Assembly: GCA_051530055.1 (NCBI GenBank)
Contig: CM121341.1
Coordinates: 5,992,784-6,056,783, forward strand
Source: Neoechinorhynchus agilis
Taxonomy: Eukaryota > Animalia > Acanthocephala
Length of the DNA: 64,000 nt
Direction of reading: 5' to 3'
The position numbers and the translations under genes are program-made. The stretch's first letter is position 1, and each line of letters begins with the position of its first letter. The notes beneath the pieces were generated by a model. That model made no database searches. It worked only from the letters and a program-made list of their open reading frames with translations, and had not been told where the DNA came from. This document shows, one piece after another, positions 14,348 to 25,628 of this stretch.

Positions 14348-16753
14348 TCAAGCCAGCGGTCTTATTTTCATGTACTCCTTCACGACATCATCGGTGACTT
14401 TTGCACGACGCTCTTGATGTTCAGCTAGAAGTTTTGTGACCACATCAATTGTAATCTTCTTCAATTCTCCAGTTAACATTCGTCCAGATGAATAATCCTA
14501 AATATAAATAAAGCATCATACAACAGTTCCCATAAACCTCTCTTATTCGCTCCAATTCGGTGTCGTCGTCCATGAACAGTTTGAGATATTGAAAAGAAAC
14601 GTCAATATCGCAATTACCCCCTAACGCTCGATGTTCATCAATATTTGCCTGACCGCCACTGAAAGCGTATTTATTAATCTACAGTTTAGTTTAAAGACAA
14701 AGGGTCTAAAAAATAGGCAAAACCTTAGTTTTAATCTGCTTTGGAGTATCAGACAGAAAAATTGAATGAGTCGGATCAGAAGAACTCATTTTGCCTTGTG
14801 CTCCTTGAAGACCAGGAATGAATGTGGTATAAAGTGAACATGGTTTTGGTGTCCCCAGTTTTGGAGCAACGTCTCGAAACATTCGAAAATATGGATCCTG
14901 TTAAAAAAAGAACAATAAAAATATGTAAAGCAAAGAGTTAACGTCTACCTGATCAACGGCACATGGAATTAAAGCAGGAATGTTGTTGGCTTTACCAAAA
15001 ATAAATGGGAATGAGGTGCACATCGCAGGGGCCGCTTCCACTGCGGGAAATGCGATTTTTCCGATACAGTCACTGTCGCCTAATCCAAAGATTCCTGCCA
15101 ATAGAATTCCGACTGGTGCAGATGACCAAAAATTGAAAATCTTCAAACCTTTAACTTGATTAAAAGTAACACACCGTTGAACGCGTACGATATTCTTATA
15201 GAAGTCAGGGCATTGCCTTGAACGCAAAATAAAAGCAAGTGATCATTGAGTACACCCAAAAACACTCAAATACACACTCACGTATACTCATACAAACTCA
15301 TGTACACTAGCGTGCACTCACATACACTCACACGCGCTTACACGCACGTAAACTCACATACACTCACGTACACTCGTACACTCAAATAACCCACGTACAC
15401 TAACGTACACTCACATACACTTACATACACTCACATAACTCACGTACACTCACGTACACTCACATAACTCACGTACACTCACGTACACTCACGTACACTC
15501 AAATAACAATCGTACACTCACGTACACTAACGTACACCACCATACACGCACGTACACTAACGTACACTCACATAACTAACATAACTCACGAACACTAACG
15601 TACACTCGCGAACACTCGTACACTCAAATAACTATCATACACTCACGTACACTCGCATAACTCACATAACTCACGAACACTGCCGTACACTCAAATAACT
15701 ATCACACATTCACGTACACTTACATAACTCACCTACACTCATGTACACTACCAAACACGATCGTACACTCACGTACACTCACATAACTCACGAACACTCA
15801 CGTACATTTACGTACACTAACGTACACTCACATAACTCACGTACACTCACGTACAATCACGTGCACTCACGAACACTCACGAACACTCGCGAACACTCAC
15901 GAACACTCACGTACACTCACGAACACTCGCGTACACTATCATACAATCACGAACACTCACGTACACTACCATACACTCACGTACACTACCATACACTCAC
16001 GTACACTACCATACACTCACGTACACTCACACGATCGTACACTCCCACTCACAGGTTCTAATATAAACTCACGTACACTCACGTACGCCACATACACCTT
16101 ACCCGATGAAACTAAAATCAGCAAAGACAAATGTCTTTTGTGGACAAAAGCCGCAAGCAATAATATCCTTAGCATTTTCCAATGCCATGCGTTCGACATC
16201 ATCAACGGAATAATTTTTCCAAAGAAACTTCTCGTCATCGGTTAGCTGGATTATCAGTGGACACTGAAATACGTCCTGTAGCCACCTACACTTCGACTTG
16301 ATAATATTTCAAAATTAGAGAATAGAACTTATTGATTATGAATGGAATGAGGTGTCCAAGGTGCATTGATCCGGTAGAAGGTCCCCGACCTGTGTAGAGG
16401 TAGAAAGGCTTCTTGCACTTGAATCTCTCGATTATAAAGTTCATATCACTGCGCGCATTCGTGAATGAAATGTGGTGCAATATATACACTAGAGACTTCT
16501 TACCGATGGGCAAATATAATACCACGTAGAAAAAGATGATGAAGTTTAGTCGGAAATATCGTACTTTGAAAAGACTCAAGAAGCTCATGGGTAACAAGTG
16601 AGCAACCAAATCTCTCTAAAATCAAAAAAGACGAGCACGGTGCAATGAGTTTGTGAACGTAGGCTTACCAGTTAGCTTTTTATAGTCAACTCCAGCATTG
16701 GATGTGGCATGGACGTTCCAGGGATCGACAATATCTTCTCCAGTTTCAGTCAT
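14348..16753 (-). CDS. WARS1: Cytoplasmic tryptophanyl-tRNA synthetase, multi-exon
   Basis: Exons: [14 protein letters not shown]; [10 protein letters not shown]; [24 protein letters not shown] (HIGH-like); [10 protein letters not shown]; [17 protein letters not shown]; [13 protein letters not shown]; GKMSSSD (KMSKS-like); INKYAFSGG; [10 protein letters not shown]; stop TGA at 14348-14350. Confidence 0.96.
15250..16098. repeat. Degenerate 9-10-bp minisatellite (CACGTACACT / CACATAACT / CACGAACACT) filling an 886-bp WARS1 intron (15217-16102)
   Basis: Directly visible tandem units; intron bounded on the minus strand by GTAAGG at 16102 and AG at 15217. Confidence 0.95.
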
Positions 16754-17298
16754 TTTGTTCAGTAGTTTCGAGTGGTGATCTTTAATAAATTTCAAGGAGA
16801 TTGGTTTCCGATATTATTGAAAGCGATTATCTTTACACGCAAAATCTTGTTCTTCCTCGAGATGTAAAAGACATGTTCGGCATTTTCATGAATGTAACTG
16901 AGAGTAGTTGTTTCCCCCCAAAAAAACTGTAGACAATGGAGGATTCTTATGGTCTAATCTCAAAACATCCACTTTGATAATCACTTTCCACAACTAAGAA
17001 ACCGTATTTTGGATAGGTTCATTGGATGGACAATACATACGTTTTGTGGAGCACAAGTTGAGAATGAAGGCGGTGGTGGCCGCAAATACAAAAGAATTCG
17101 ATTTATTACTCTTGGAGTTGCAATAAAGGGTTATTTGAAGCCTTAGTAATATTTTTACAAACAAATAAATTATGGAATTTTCCCTTTTTTATTTTTAGAA
17201 AAAGAGACGCGGGAAAAACGTTACCAAATCAGGAATTATTGTTTAGAAGTCTTCACCCGCGGTAAATGATTATTGGGAACCTCGTGTGGGATTCATCA

Positions 17299-17441
17299 AC
17301 AACTTTCTTCATGCTTTTCCCTTCTAATTTTTGGTTTTATTGGTTCAAGGTCTTAACAGTCGGATGCCCTTTCTGACACCAACCCTCCCCATTAATCCGG
17401 GCTTGGGACCGGCACCGAGTTTACTCGGGGCTGGGTTTGCC
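17299..17441 (-). mobile_element. 143-bp non-autonomous retroelement-like insertion carrying a twister ribozyme, with 10-bp TSD
   Basis: Perfect direct repeat GGATTCATCA at 17289-17298 and 17442-17451. The insert reads twister core, GTCAGAAAGGGCATCC, AATAAA, then GGGAAAAGCATGAAGAAAG (RTE-like ends, recognised from memory). Confidence 0.75.
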
Positions 17442-17443
17442 GG
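17379..17443 (-). ncRNA. Twister self-cleaving ribozyme (type P1 with P3 hairpin)
   Basis: Minus strand reads CCGG-CAAA-CCCA-GCC-CCGAGtaaaCTCGG-TG-CCGG-TCCCAAGC-CCGG-ATTAA-TGGG-GAGGG-TTGG. P2 CCCA/TGGG, P3 CCGAG/CTCGG, P4 CCGG/CCGG, loop TCCCAAGC and GAGGG match the twister consensus. P1 is weak (CCGG/TTGG, two G-U pairs). Confidence 0.88.
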
Positions 17444-18152
17444 ATTCATCATCCTCATCATCAGTTCTGGAATACAAGTGATTAAGTAATTATTCTTTGC
17501 TTTCGCATGCGCGCTTATCTCTGATTGTGTTGTTTTCTTTTTCGGTTAGCTATGACGACAGAGTTTGTAAGCTCGTTGGTCATTCACCTTCGGTTTCTGT
17601 TCTTTTATTAAGGTTTTTTAATTAAGAACGTCGAAGGATATTGCGCGTTCACTAAAACCATTGTTTTGTCGAAATTGAATACCGTGGCAAGTTTGCACCT
17701 CGTTCAACGCGATATTCGACGAAGCCATCTTCCGAAAATCTCGTCTTCAGATTCCGGCCCGTATTCCGTTCAATGTAATTGCTGTTGCGTTTTTTTACAA
17801 GAAACCAACTTTATAGACAAGAACCCTTTTTTTTCTACTTGCAATTGTGTTTCCGTTAAATGAGGCTTCCTTATCGGCAGACCGCTGCTGTTCACTATCC
17901 GTGAAATTTGGTTATGCCAAAACTTGGTTTCCGGCACTCCAATGCGCCCTCATACTTTCCACTTGCTCTCTCGCTGAAGTAAGAACATCTTTTGGGTCCC
18001 CTAACTTGCTGAAAATTCGTTTCAACTGTTGGTTTTCGTCAATGAGGCATAGGCACGATGCAGAAAGCGTTTGACCAACTTTGTGCTCTTGTTGTAATCA
18101 CTGTTTCCCAGTATTTATAGTTATTTGTTTCAGTTGGCTTTCTGTAGACAGG

Positions 18153-18690
18153 TGTAGTAATTCGTATGGCAACCTCTGATTTTCATCGGACCTATTGACT
18201 ATTTTGACGGTTGAAATGTTCCTTGAAATCGTTAGCATTCTGTTCATAGCCGGACTAAATCACCAGTATATCATCTACGTATCTTTTGTAGAAAACCGGT
18301 TTAATCGCATAAGATTCCATTGCGTTTTTCACAAAAGTACTCATGTCATTTGGCGACGAGGAACTGCAGAAATGACTGAGTACGATTTAGGAGGTTCTGG
18401 TCAACCAGCAGCAACTGATGAAGATGTTACTGGAAGATTGACAAGGAAATAATGCTGATAACAGGATGAAAATCACAGGATTCCGGAGCTATGTGCCAGC
18501 AAAAGAAGAATGGACGGGGTACGAAACTCAGTTGGAAAAGCATTTCGAATATTGTGGAGTCACTGGCGAGGCTGTCAAACAATTGTGCCTGCTTGCGTGG
18601 ATGAAGGAAGCATTTAGGAGTCAAAAAGCCAGCCGAGTGCAAATTCTCGGAGTTGAAGAATGCGCTTCGAGGTGAAATCGCAGCTCCCGC
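18153..18690 (+). mobile_element. Gypsy (Mag-like) LTR retrotransposon 5' relic: putative LTR, PBS and broken gag start
   Basis: TGTAGT (18153) ... TGTCA (18348), 2-nt spacer, PBS TGGCGACGAGGA (18351-18362). Then FRSYVPAKEEWTGYETQLEKHFEYCGVTGEAVKQLCLLAW and, in another frame, KKPAECKFSELKNALR, typical of Mag-type gag N-termini. LTR left edge tentative. Confidence 0.7.
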
Positions 18691-18798
18691 GGTAAAATGC
18701 GGAAAAAACATCGCGATAATTCGATCTTTAAAAATTTGCGTGGCTGACCGACGATGTCGGTTGCCCGCGACCTGAATATCGCTTTGATTTATCCCGGA

Positions 18799-18870
18799 TG
18801 CCTCGGCCAGGATTCGAACCTGGGTTTTCACGGCCACAACGTGAAGTACTAACCACTATACTACCGAAGC
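18799..18870 (-). tRNA. tRNA-His (GUG)
   Basis: GCTTCGGTAGTATAGTGGTTAGTACTTCACGTTGTGGCCGTGAAAACCCAGGTTCGAATCCTGGCCGAGGCA: 72 nt, acceptor GCTTCGG/CCGAGGC, anticodon stem TCACG/CGTGA around TTGTGGC, intact T-loop, discriminator A. Confidence 0.95.
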
Positions 18871-18979
18871 CGATCGCTGAAATGCAATCGGCTAATGCAC
18901 TATCGAAATACTGATCTAACTATTTCACCTCTTGCTAGAAATCACGTGAAACAGGCAAAAGTTCTCTCAAATATACATT

Positions 18980-19515
18980 GCGCTATTGGATTTACTGTTA
19001 GGGAGAATGCGATTGGACCGAGAGGATCTCCTTGCTGCACTCCTCTTTTAGACCAAATGAGGCGGTCTTCAAAATGCAAAGGAGTCGCGGTCCCGTAGGC
19101 ATTGAGAAAATACTGGAAGGGTTTCTGGGACATGATCAATAATTGCGCGGAACAAGCTTTCTCTATTGAGAGAGTTAAAGGCGTTCCGAAAATCACACTT
19201 AAGAATCACGCACGGGTCTGAACTCCTCGTAGCAAAGTTTCGGAGCGCGTGGACAATAGCTTCCGCCCCGCAGGATGTGCAGCAGTCCAGTTGGACTGGG
19301 CGAAGTTGCTGCCCGGTTTTCTCTGTGATACGTTTACAGAGAATTTTTCCTGCGAGCCGGCGTATCGTCGAAGATACGGCGATGGGACGGATCCCACTTT
19401 TTTGTGAGGGCACATAATGATGCTCCGAAAAATAGGTCTTTTCCAACGAACCGAAAAAGCGCACTTTCTAAGGAGAAAGCCGATTCAAAAGTTGAAAAAC
19501 TGATGTGAATTTCCA
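18980..19515 (-). mobile_element. Frameshifted reverse-transcriptase fragment of a CRE-like non-LTR retrotransposon
   Basis: KSGIRPIAVSSTIRRLAGK, CGAEAIVHALR, ILKCDFRNAFNSLNR and GVQQGDPLGPIAFSL (RT motifs); ends before YxDD. Confidence 0.85.
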
Positions 19516-19666
19516 TGTTTCGAACAAACTACTGACTTTATCTCTAGAGTGCATGTGAGAATGTTCGGGAAACTCATTATTGATTTAAACTGAACTGCAC
19601 CGATAATAAGAACCAAATCACGTGTTTATCAAGCCGCTCTGGAGGTTGAACACCCACACAAAATGT

Positions 19667-22483
19667 TCATGTTCTTCTCATTGTCCTATTTGTCCCGAAC
19701 GATGTTCCATCGTACCGGCGTCTTGGACGTCGTTCACTATTTTGCCTCAATATTCGTGGAAAAAAATCAATCTCATATCCTTGTGGATCCTGATGATGAT
19801 AAGATGATCGATTAAAGTAGCATGGATTACGTGTGTATGTAGAACGATTTATATTGAAAGATCTTTGATCATACCTTTGTTGTTGTTGCACTCTAGTTAA
19901 TAAAGGCGCTCGTTGTTGGATTGGAAAACGAACACTGGAACGACGGACGCATGCAATCGGAGGTCGTGGAGTCCGTGGACTTGATGCATATGACCGATAA
20001 GATCGATCTGAGCCACGATTTTCTCTTCTGAAGACATCTTCATTTGGCAAATTGAAGTTTCTGTTATCATAAGTAGAATGATCGTAGTACTGATTACCAC
20101 TTCTGATATTCATCATGCTGAACCTAAGGTCAAGGTCTGGTAGGATTACACCGGGAAGGAGTTTGCCAATTTGGTTCTCCTGTGTCATTTGAGGGTCCTT
20201 GAATCTTAGACAGAAAGACGATACGTTTTGAATAGAGGGCAAATTTGAAAGTGGTGATTGAATGCTTTCACCGTAGCCTGGATATAATTCATCAATTGTA
20301 CAGTAGCCAAATAGGTTCTTCAGGACTTTCCCAATATCGACTTCAGTTTTTTCCTTCAATGCAGCCATCAATAATTCGAGGGCGTTTTTATCGACAAAGT
20401 TTCTCTCGTTATTCCTAAAGAACAACCTATCGTATCCAACCACATTCCTTCTCTTCTCGTCGTTACTCAAAAGATCTCTTTCAATTGGCACCACGTACTT
20501 CCGAAGGCGAACAGCATCGATGAAGGAAAGCAGTACAACCGATTGCCACTTATATCTCTTTCCATTTTGATCCAACTGAAAAGTAGTCGGGTAGAAATCG
20601 ATTATTGGGGATTCGGGATTGGTCATGAGATCCCGGAGCGGCTGAGGCACAACAGAAGCACTGGACGAAGGAAAAACGGCCATTAGCTGTTGCATCGGTG
20701 TAAATGGTTCACCTGTATTACGGTCAAATCCTGTGAAAGTTTTAGCCAACGTTTGCCCTTTTAAAAGATCGGCAGCAAATGGCGCGTAGTGGTACGGATA
20801 ATACCACTCCCATGCTGAACAGCCTCTGAAATAGTATTGGCAGACCCAACAAAGTCCACGAGCGTAGTGCTTAGCGACTTCTAGACTAAAACGCTTCACT
20901 TGTTCGGCTTCCACTTTGAATTTTTTATTGTAGTATCGAATTTTGTATCCTTCGTCGCCAAGTCGGATCGTATCCGCAGGAATAGTTTCTGGATTCTTGC
21001 CATCTTTAATCAATCGCGCATTTCTGTTATGCATAAATCTATATAATTTTTCGCGATTTTCTCGCATGATACTATCTTCGGAATTAGATAATTTCATTAA
21101 CAGTTTCCTTACTATTTTCATATCCGGTACTCCTCGAGAATCAGTACACAGGTAATCCAGTCCTCGACTTTCATTGATTATTTCTCCGTACATATGTACG
21201 AGACTATCAATCGCACTCTCACGGATCTCAAGGCACGGAATGTTCGGGAAAAAGTCGTTTCCAACAAAAAAGCAAAGGAACACCCAGTCGTCGATCGAAC
21301 GTTCCAATTCTCTTGTATAGTGGAATTTATTTACACGATAACCACCATCGATTGGAAATGAAGATCGATAAGTTATCACCAAGATTGGGGGATTAAAAAT
21401 ATCAATTTCATTCAGATGTGCATTATGTGGCTTCTTTTATAGATGGAATTCGACGAAAATCTAATGTAACCCCGGAGAAAAACTTTAATAAAATTGAGCC
21501 AATGACTATGATGGTCATCGAAACACAAGTTCGTCTTTCAAATATTCGCGCAAGATGTCTAGTCGGATCAAAAAAAGGTTGACTTCATCCTCTACTTGAA
21601 ACGAAGATTCCTCATATTCAACACCAAGTTCAGTAAGAGTGCCTTCACAAACCTCAAAAGCATGTCCTTTCCGTCCACACAGATCGCAAACTGGAGCTTC
21701 ATTTGTTACAAATTCTTCTCTAATGATTGTAAAGTGAGGTTCATGAGAAATGAGACCGAGCATTATCAGGTCAGCGTCAGCGCCACACAAACAGTGCTTT
21801 GTATTGGGATCGTATCCGGCTTGGCACCTTTGCCTCCTAATAAAATCCATTATTTTATGCTCACCTTCACCCGGAACACTGGAATCAGACAGAATAACTT
21901 TTAGACGAGCCCAACCAGGATTACTCTCCAATCGATTGATAATATAAAATCGTAGATATTCTGAAAGGCGCCACATGAACTCCGTTCCAGGTGTAATGCA
22001 ATTACTATCCAAAATACCCAATGATTCGGACTCGGGTACCAATTTGCCATCCTCTTCCAGTCGACGCCTCTTTTCTGCAAGCTTCTTTTCTCGCGACAAA
22101 CGCTCTTCTCCTGCTACAAAGCGCCGAGCTCGCTGTTGATTGAGTTTGGCCCTAGGCGCTACTCCGTCGACAGCCATGTATAGGAGACGTCTTGGTCTAA
22201 TCACAGCCATCAACCGATCGATATACTTGTAGATCGCGAGAATGATTTCCTCTTCTGATTTTGGAGCAGGTTTATTCGTTGGATGAAAGCACGGGTGAAT
22301 GATACCGTTCATATCGAGATAGAGATTATCGAATTCAATGTTATTTGGATTTGGCAAAGTTAAATCAACATCACGGTTGTAGTCAAAATCACTGGGTTGA
22401 TTATGTTTGTACCGTTCGTCTGCTCGGGCGAGAATCAATTGATACTTACCGGAAAGCCACCGGAAAAAAGCGGGAACGCCCAT
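19667..22483 (-). CDS. XRN2: 5'-3' exoribonuclease 2 (Rat1/XRN2)
   Basis: MGVPAFFRWL, EFDNLYLDMNGIIHPC, MAVDGVAPRAKLNQQRARRF, DSNCITPGTEFM, PGEGEHKIM, GADADLIMLGL, ERSIDDWVFLCFFVGNDF, WYYPYHYAPF. Two in-frame ORFs separated by a probable intron near 21390-21520. Confidence 0.95.
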
Positions 22484-24257
22484 ATCTCTAGAAATAGGAG
22501 AATGGATTGTACGGTAAAACGAGGATGATTTCATGGTCACTCTTTAGTTATTGATGAGACAGGTTTATAGATTCAAGTGAAGATTCGTAGACAATTGTTT
22601 TAATGACCAATGTATATTTTCCAAAGGGTTCTTTATTCTTGGTGAAAACTGATGAAACGATGCTTTGCTTTTATAAACGGACAACTAGACTAAAACCATC
22701 TTTGTAGTACCTTTGATAAAGTTGAATACGAAACCCTTACAAAATTTAGAGATCTAAGCGAGAGGTTGGACCACCGAAATAGGGAATTTTGGAGTTAGCC
22801 ATTTGCGATATAAGCAACTCGGATCATGATCACAACGCATATGCATTAAAATCTCAAATGGTACAAGTGAGCTCGTTAGTATGTCATTAAAAACGAACTT
22901 GCTTATTCCGTCAACCACAATGAGAGTGTGAAGAAAAGAATATCGCCAAATAAAAGCAATTCAATGTTGTAAAGGAAGAAATACTTCAATTATTGACTTG
23001 TTCATCCAAATTTTCCAATACCGCTTTTGTAGCGATGTGGTCTAAGAATATAATGTGTGACCTTTTAACTGAGCATCCCCTTAATACGATCAAGATGAGG
23101 CTTGTTTGACTCAAAATAGTAATAACCGCAAAATCGGGATTCTTTGAGCTATCGCTCTTCTTTTAACCTTCCATCATCTCCCTTCACGAATGTAAATAAT
23201 CCGATAAACAACTAACAAAAAAAGGGGAAACTTAGTGCGGCTCTGAAAATAAAAATAGGTACATAAATTGATTTGAAGCTGGAGAAAAAGATAATTTGAA
23301 GAGGATTACGTTTTTGAAAGATAATGGATCTTTCTATGCGAAACGATGAGACATTTCGTCGAAGTGAGCAGTAAAAAAATTCCATTCAAATATAAAAGTT
23401 TGATTTGACAATTATGAAAAAAAGAGGAAACTAAAGGAATCGTCGTCGGTAGCCGCCTCGGATTCGTCTAGGTTTTCTTCTATGTATTCCTGAGTGGGAT
23501 ATCAATCCAATTTGATTCATTATTTTGTTTGGCATCATAAAAGAACAGCGGGTATTGAGGATTCTAAGCCCGTCCCGCGAATCCGATTTCTTGGTATTGG
23601 AAATCAGAATGGTTCATGACAAAACTAGAAGTTGAGACGATCATGAGAATTGACGGTTGGTTGGAAAAAAGAGAACTTAATCACATGGCAGGTAAAAAAG
23701 GTGATTATGTATTCAAACCTTAAAAAGTTCATTTCTGAGAATGTCTAATTGAACAAAAATCCGAAAGCTTGGAGAATATAAAATTATGATCGACTCTTTT
23801 TAGGCTTTATTTACAAAAGATAGCACAGTGACCGTTAGTAGTGTGATAAAAAATAATCGTTACAACAAAATGACGATATAGTTGTGTACTGTGAATCACT
23901 GAACATCATCAAAATTACTTCGATTTTATTCAATGAACGAAATTATCTATGTTCTTTATAGAAAACACATTAGTTTTTAAAAATGAGATAAAACGTATTA
24001 AAGAGCGCAACTTTCTACCAAATTTGTACTTTTCATTTATGGATTGTACGGCGCAATGATTTTCTAAAGTTCACAAAGTTTTGGGCTTCAAATTTTATAA
24101 GCACAAGAAACTACTGCCAAGATCAAGATGAGAAAGCGGCATAAAATTGCTACGAAAATTTATCTGAGACTTAACAAGGAAATTAGGATGGAATTTAGTG
24201 TTTATAAGTTTAGAAAAAGTGCAAGTCAGAATCGCATGTTTGTTTTTCGTCAAAGAT

Positions 24258-25340
24258 TTACACGGTAAACGGAGATTCCACTTCGCTCTTCCCAGTAAAT
24301 TTGGCTGCTTCTTCGATGGACAGGATTGAAGGCCAGATCACGATTCTAAACATGTGATACTTGTTCCTTGCGAATAAGAAGTAAAGCCAATTTTTCGTAA
24401 AGCCAAGATCGAATCGATTAAATCCGAATGGCACAGTGTTTGGAATGGAGAACTCCAGCGTAGTGACGTTCCTCGAGATGAGGTAAGCATGAAAAATTGT
24501 GAATAGGATAAGTGCGAACGATGCAACGAAGCATATGAGAAAGCAAAGAAAAGTGGCGAACGGCATAAATTTTGATCCACTTCCTGGAGCGTAAGTTGGG
24601 TTTGTCAAGAAAGGGAGAGTGTATACTGCCCATCCAGAATAAAGTCCATCGGAGATGTAGGGTTTATAGACGAGAGGAAAGTATAAAAAGAAGCCAACGA
24701 CGTACACGTACGTAGCCCCGATTGCCATATAGAAAGTGAATAAAAAGAAATATCGGTGATTTAGAAAGCCAACGCAGTTGTTGATCCAAGGACAGTGATG
24801 ATCCATTCGAAGAATACATCGGTCGCACATTGAGCAATGATGAGTTCGAGCAGGCTTAAAGTAACCGACAGGGACGCACGATGTGTTATTCGAAGGAACT
24901 TTACACTTTACAAGTCACCGTTAACCTCTTCTAGATTCCCCCATGAGGTAAACGAGCGAGTCTATGCAAATACTTGGATCTTTGAATGCTGGATCAAATG
25001 GACGTAAGCATTTTCGTGGGTACCCTGGGTCAGTTTGAATCGCCATGTAGTAGTTAAACGCGATATTCACAAGTAGCCAATGACCCATGACGATTATAGT
25101 TGCGAATTTGAAAATATGGATTTGTTGATATAAGAAAGGAAGGACTTCTGCGTAGAAAACGTAGACGGTGAGTCCAATGAGACCAACAGCGATGACCACT
25201 AGAAGTGGACCAATCAATGTTACTGCGCGAATTCCAAGGCTACTCAATATTTCGATCACGACTTCCGTAAAAATGTTCAGGAATGGGGACACCTTATTAC
25301 GTTTGAATTGATTTAATTTAAATGTGAACTGTCTATACAT
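24258..25340 (-). CDS. ZDHHC16: DHHC palmitoyltransferase, ZDHHC16-like (one intron)
   Basis: [50 protein letters not shown]; N-terminal TM pair and [22 protein letters not shown] resemble ZDHHC16. Orthology is inferred. Confidence 0.85.
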
Positions 25341-25628
25341 CCTTTGCTGCTCGTTGAGTAAAACGAAGGAGGCGTGTCTTGAAAAGTAGTCAGTCGACGC
25401 GAAACTTTGTACTCATTCCTTCACTACATAAAAGTTCATGCGTTCGTTTAGAAAACTAAAAGAAATCTTAGTTGTTTGAATGATTACCATTTTCATAGTG
25501 CACCGCGGGACCCCCCACACACACATCTATAAAAACTATTAAATCACTAATCGATGAATATTAAGATGTTTTCCTTTAGCAATCCTAACAATCATGAGAT
25601 TTAAGGGATATTTCATGATGATTTTAAA

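Noticed and set aside
15741-16061. 106-aa His/Thr-rich ORF
   Set aside because: Translation of the intronic minisatellite, antisense to WARS1.
17650-18100. Coding-like minus-strand frames next to the LTR
   Set aside because: Interrupted by stops and not assignable to any family.
21383-21514. In-frame stops splitting XRN2 (pseudogene or insertion)
   Set aside because: An ordinary intron with a weak GT donor suffices; other introns here also have degenerate donors, and both halves are intact.
22600-24250. Short acidic minus-strand frame near 23430-23510
   Set aside because: Too short and unsupported; treated as UTR or intergenic.
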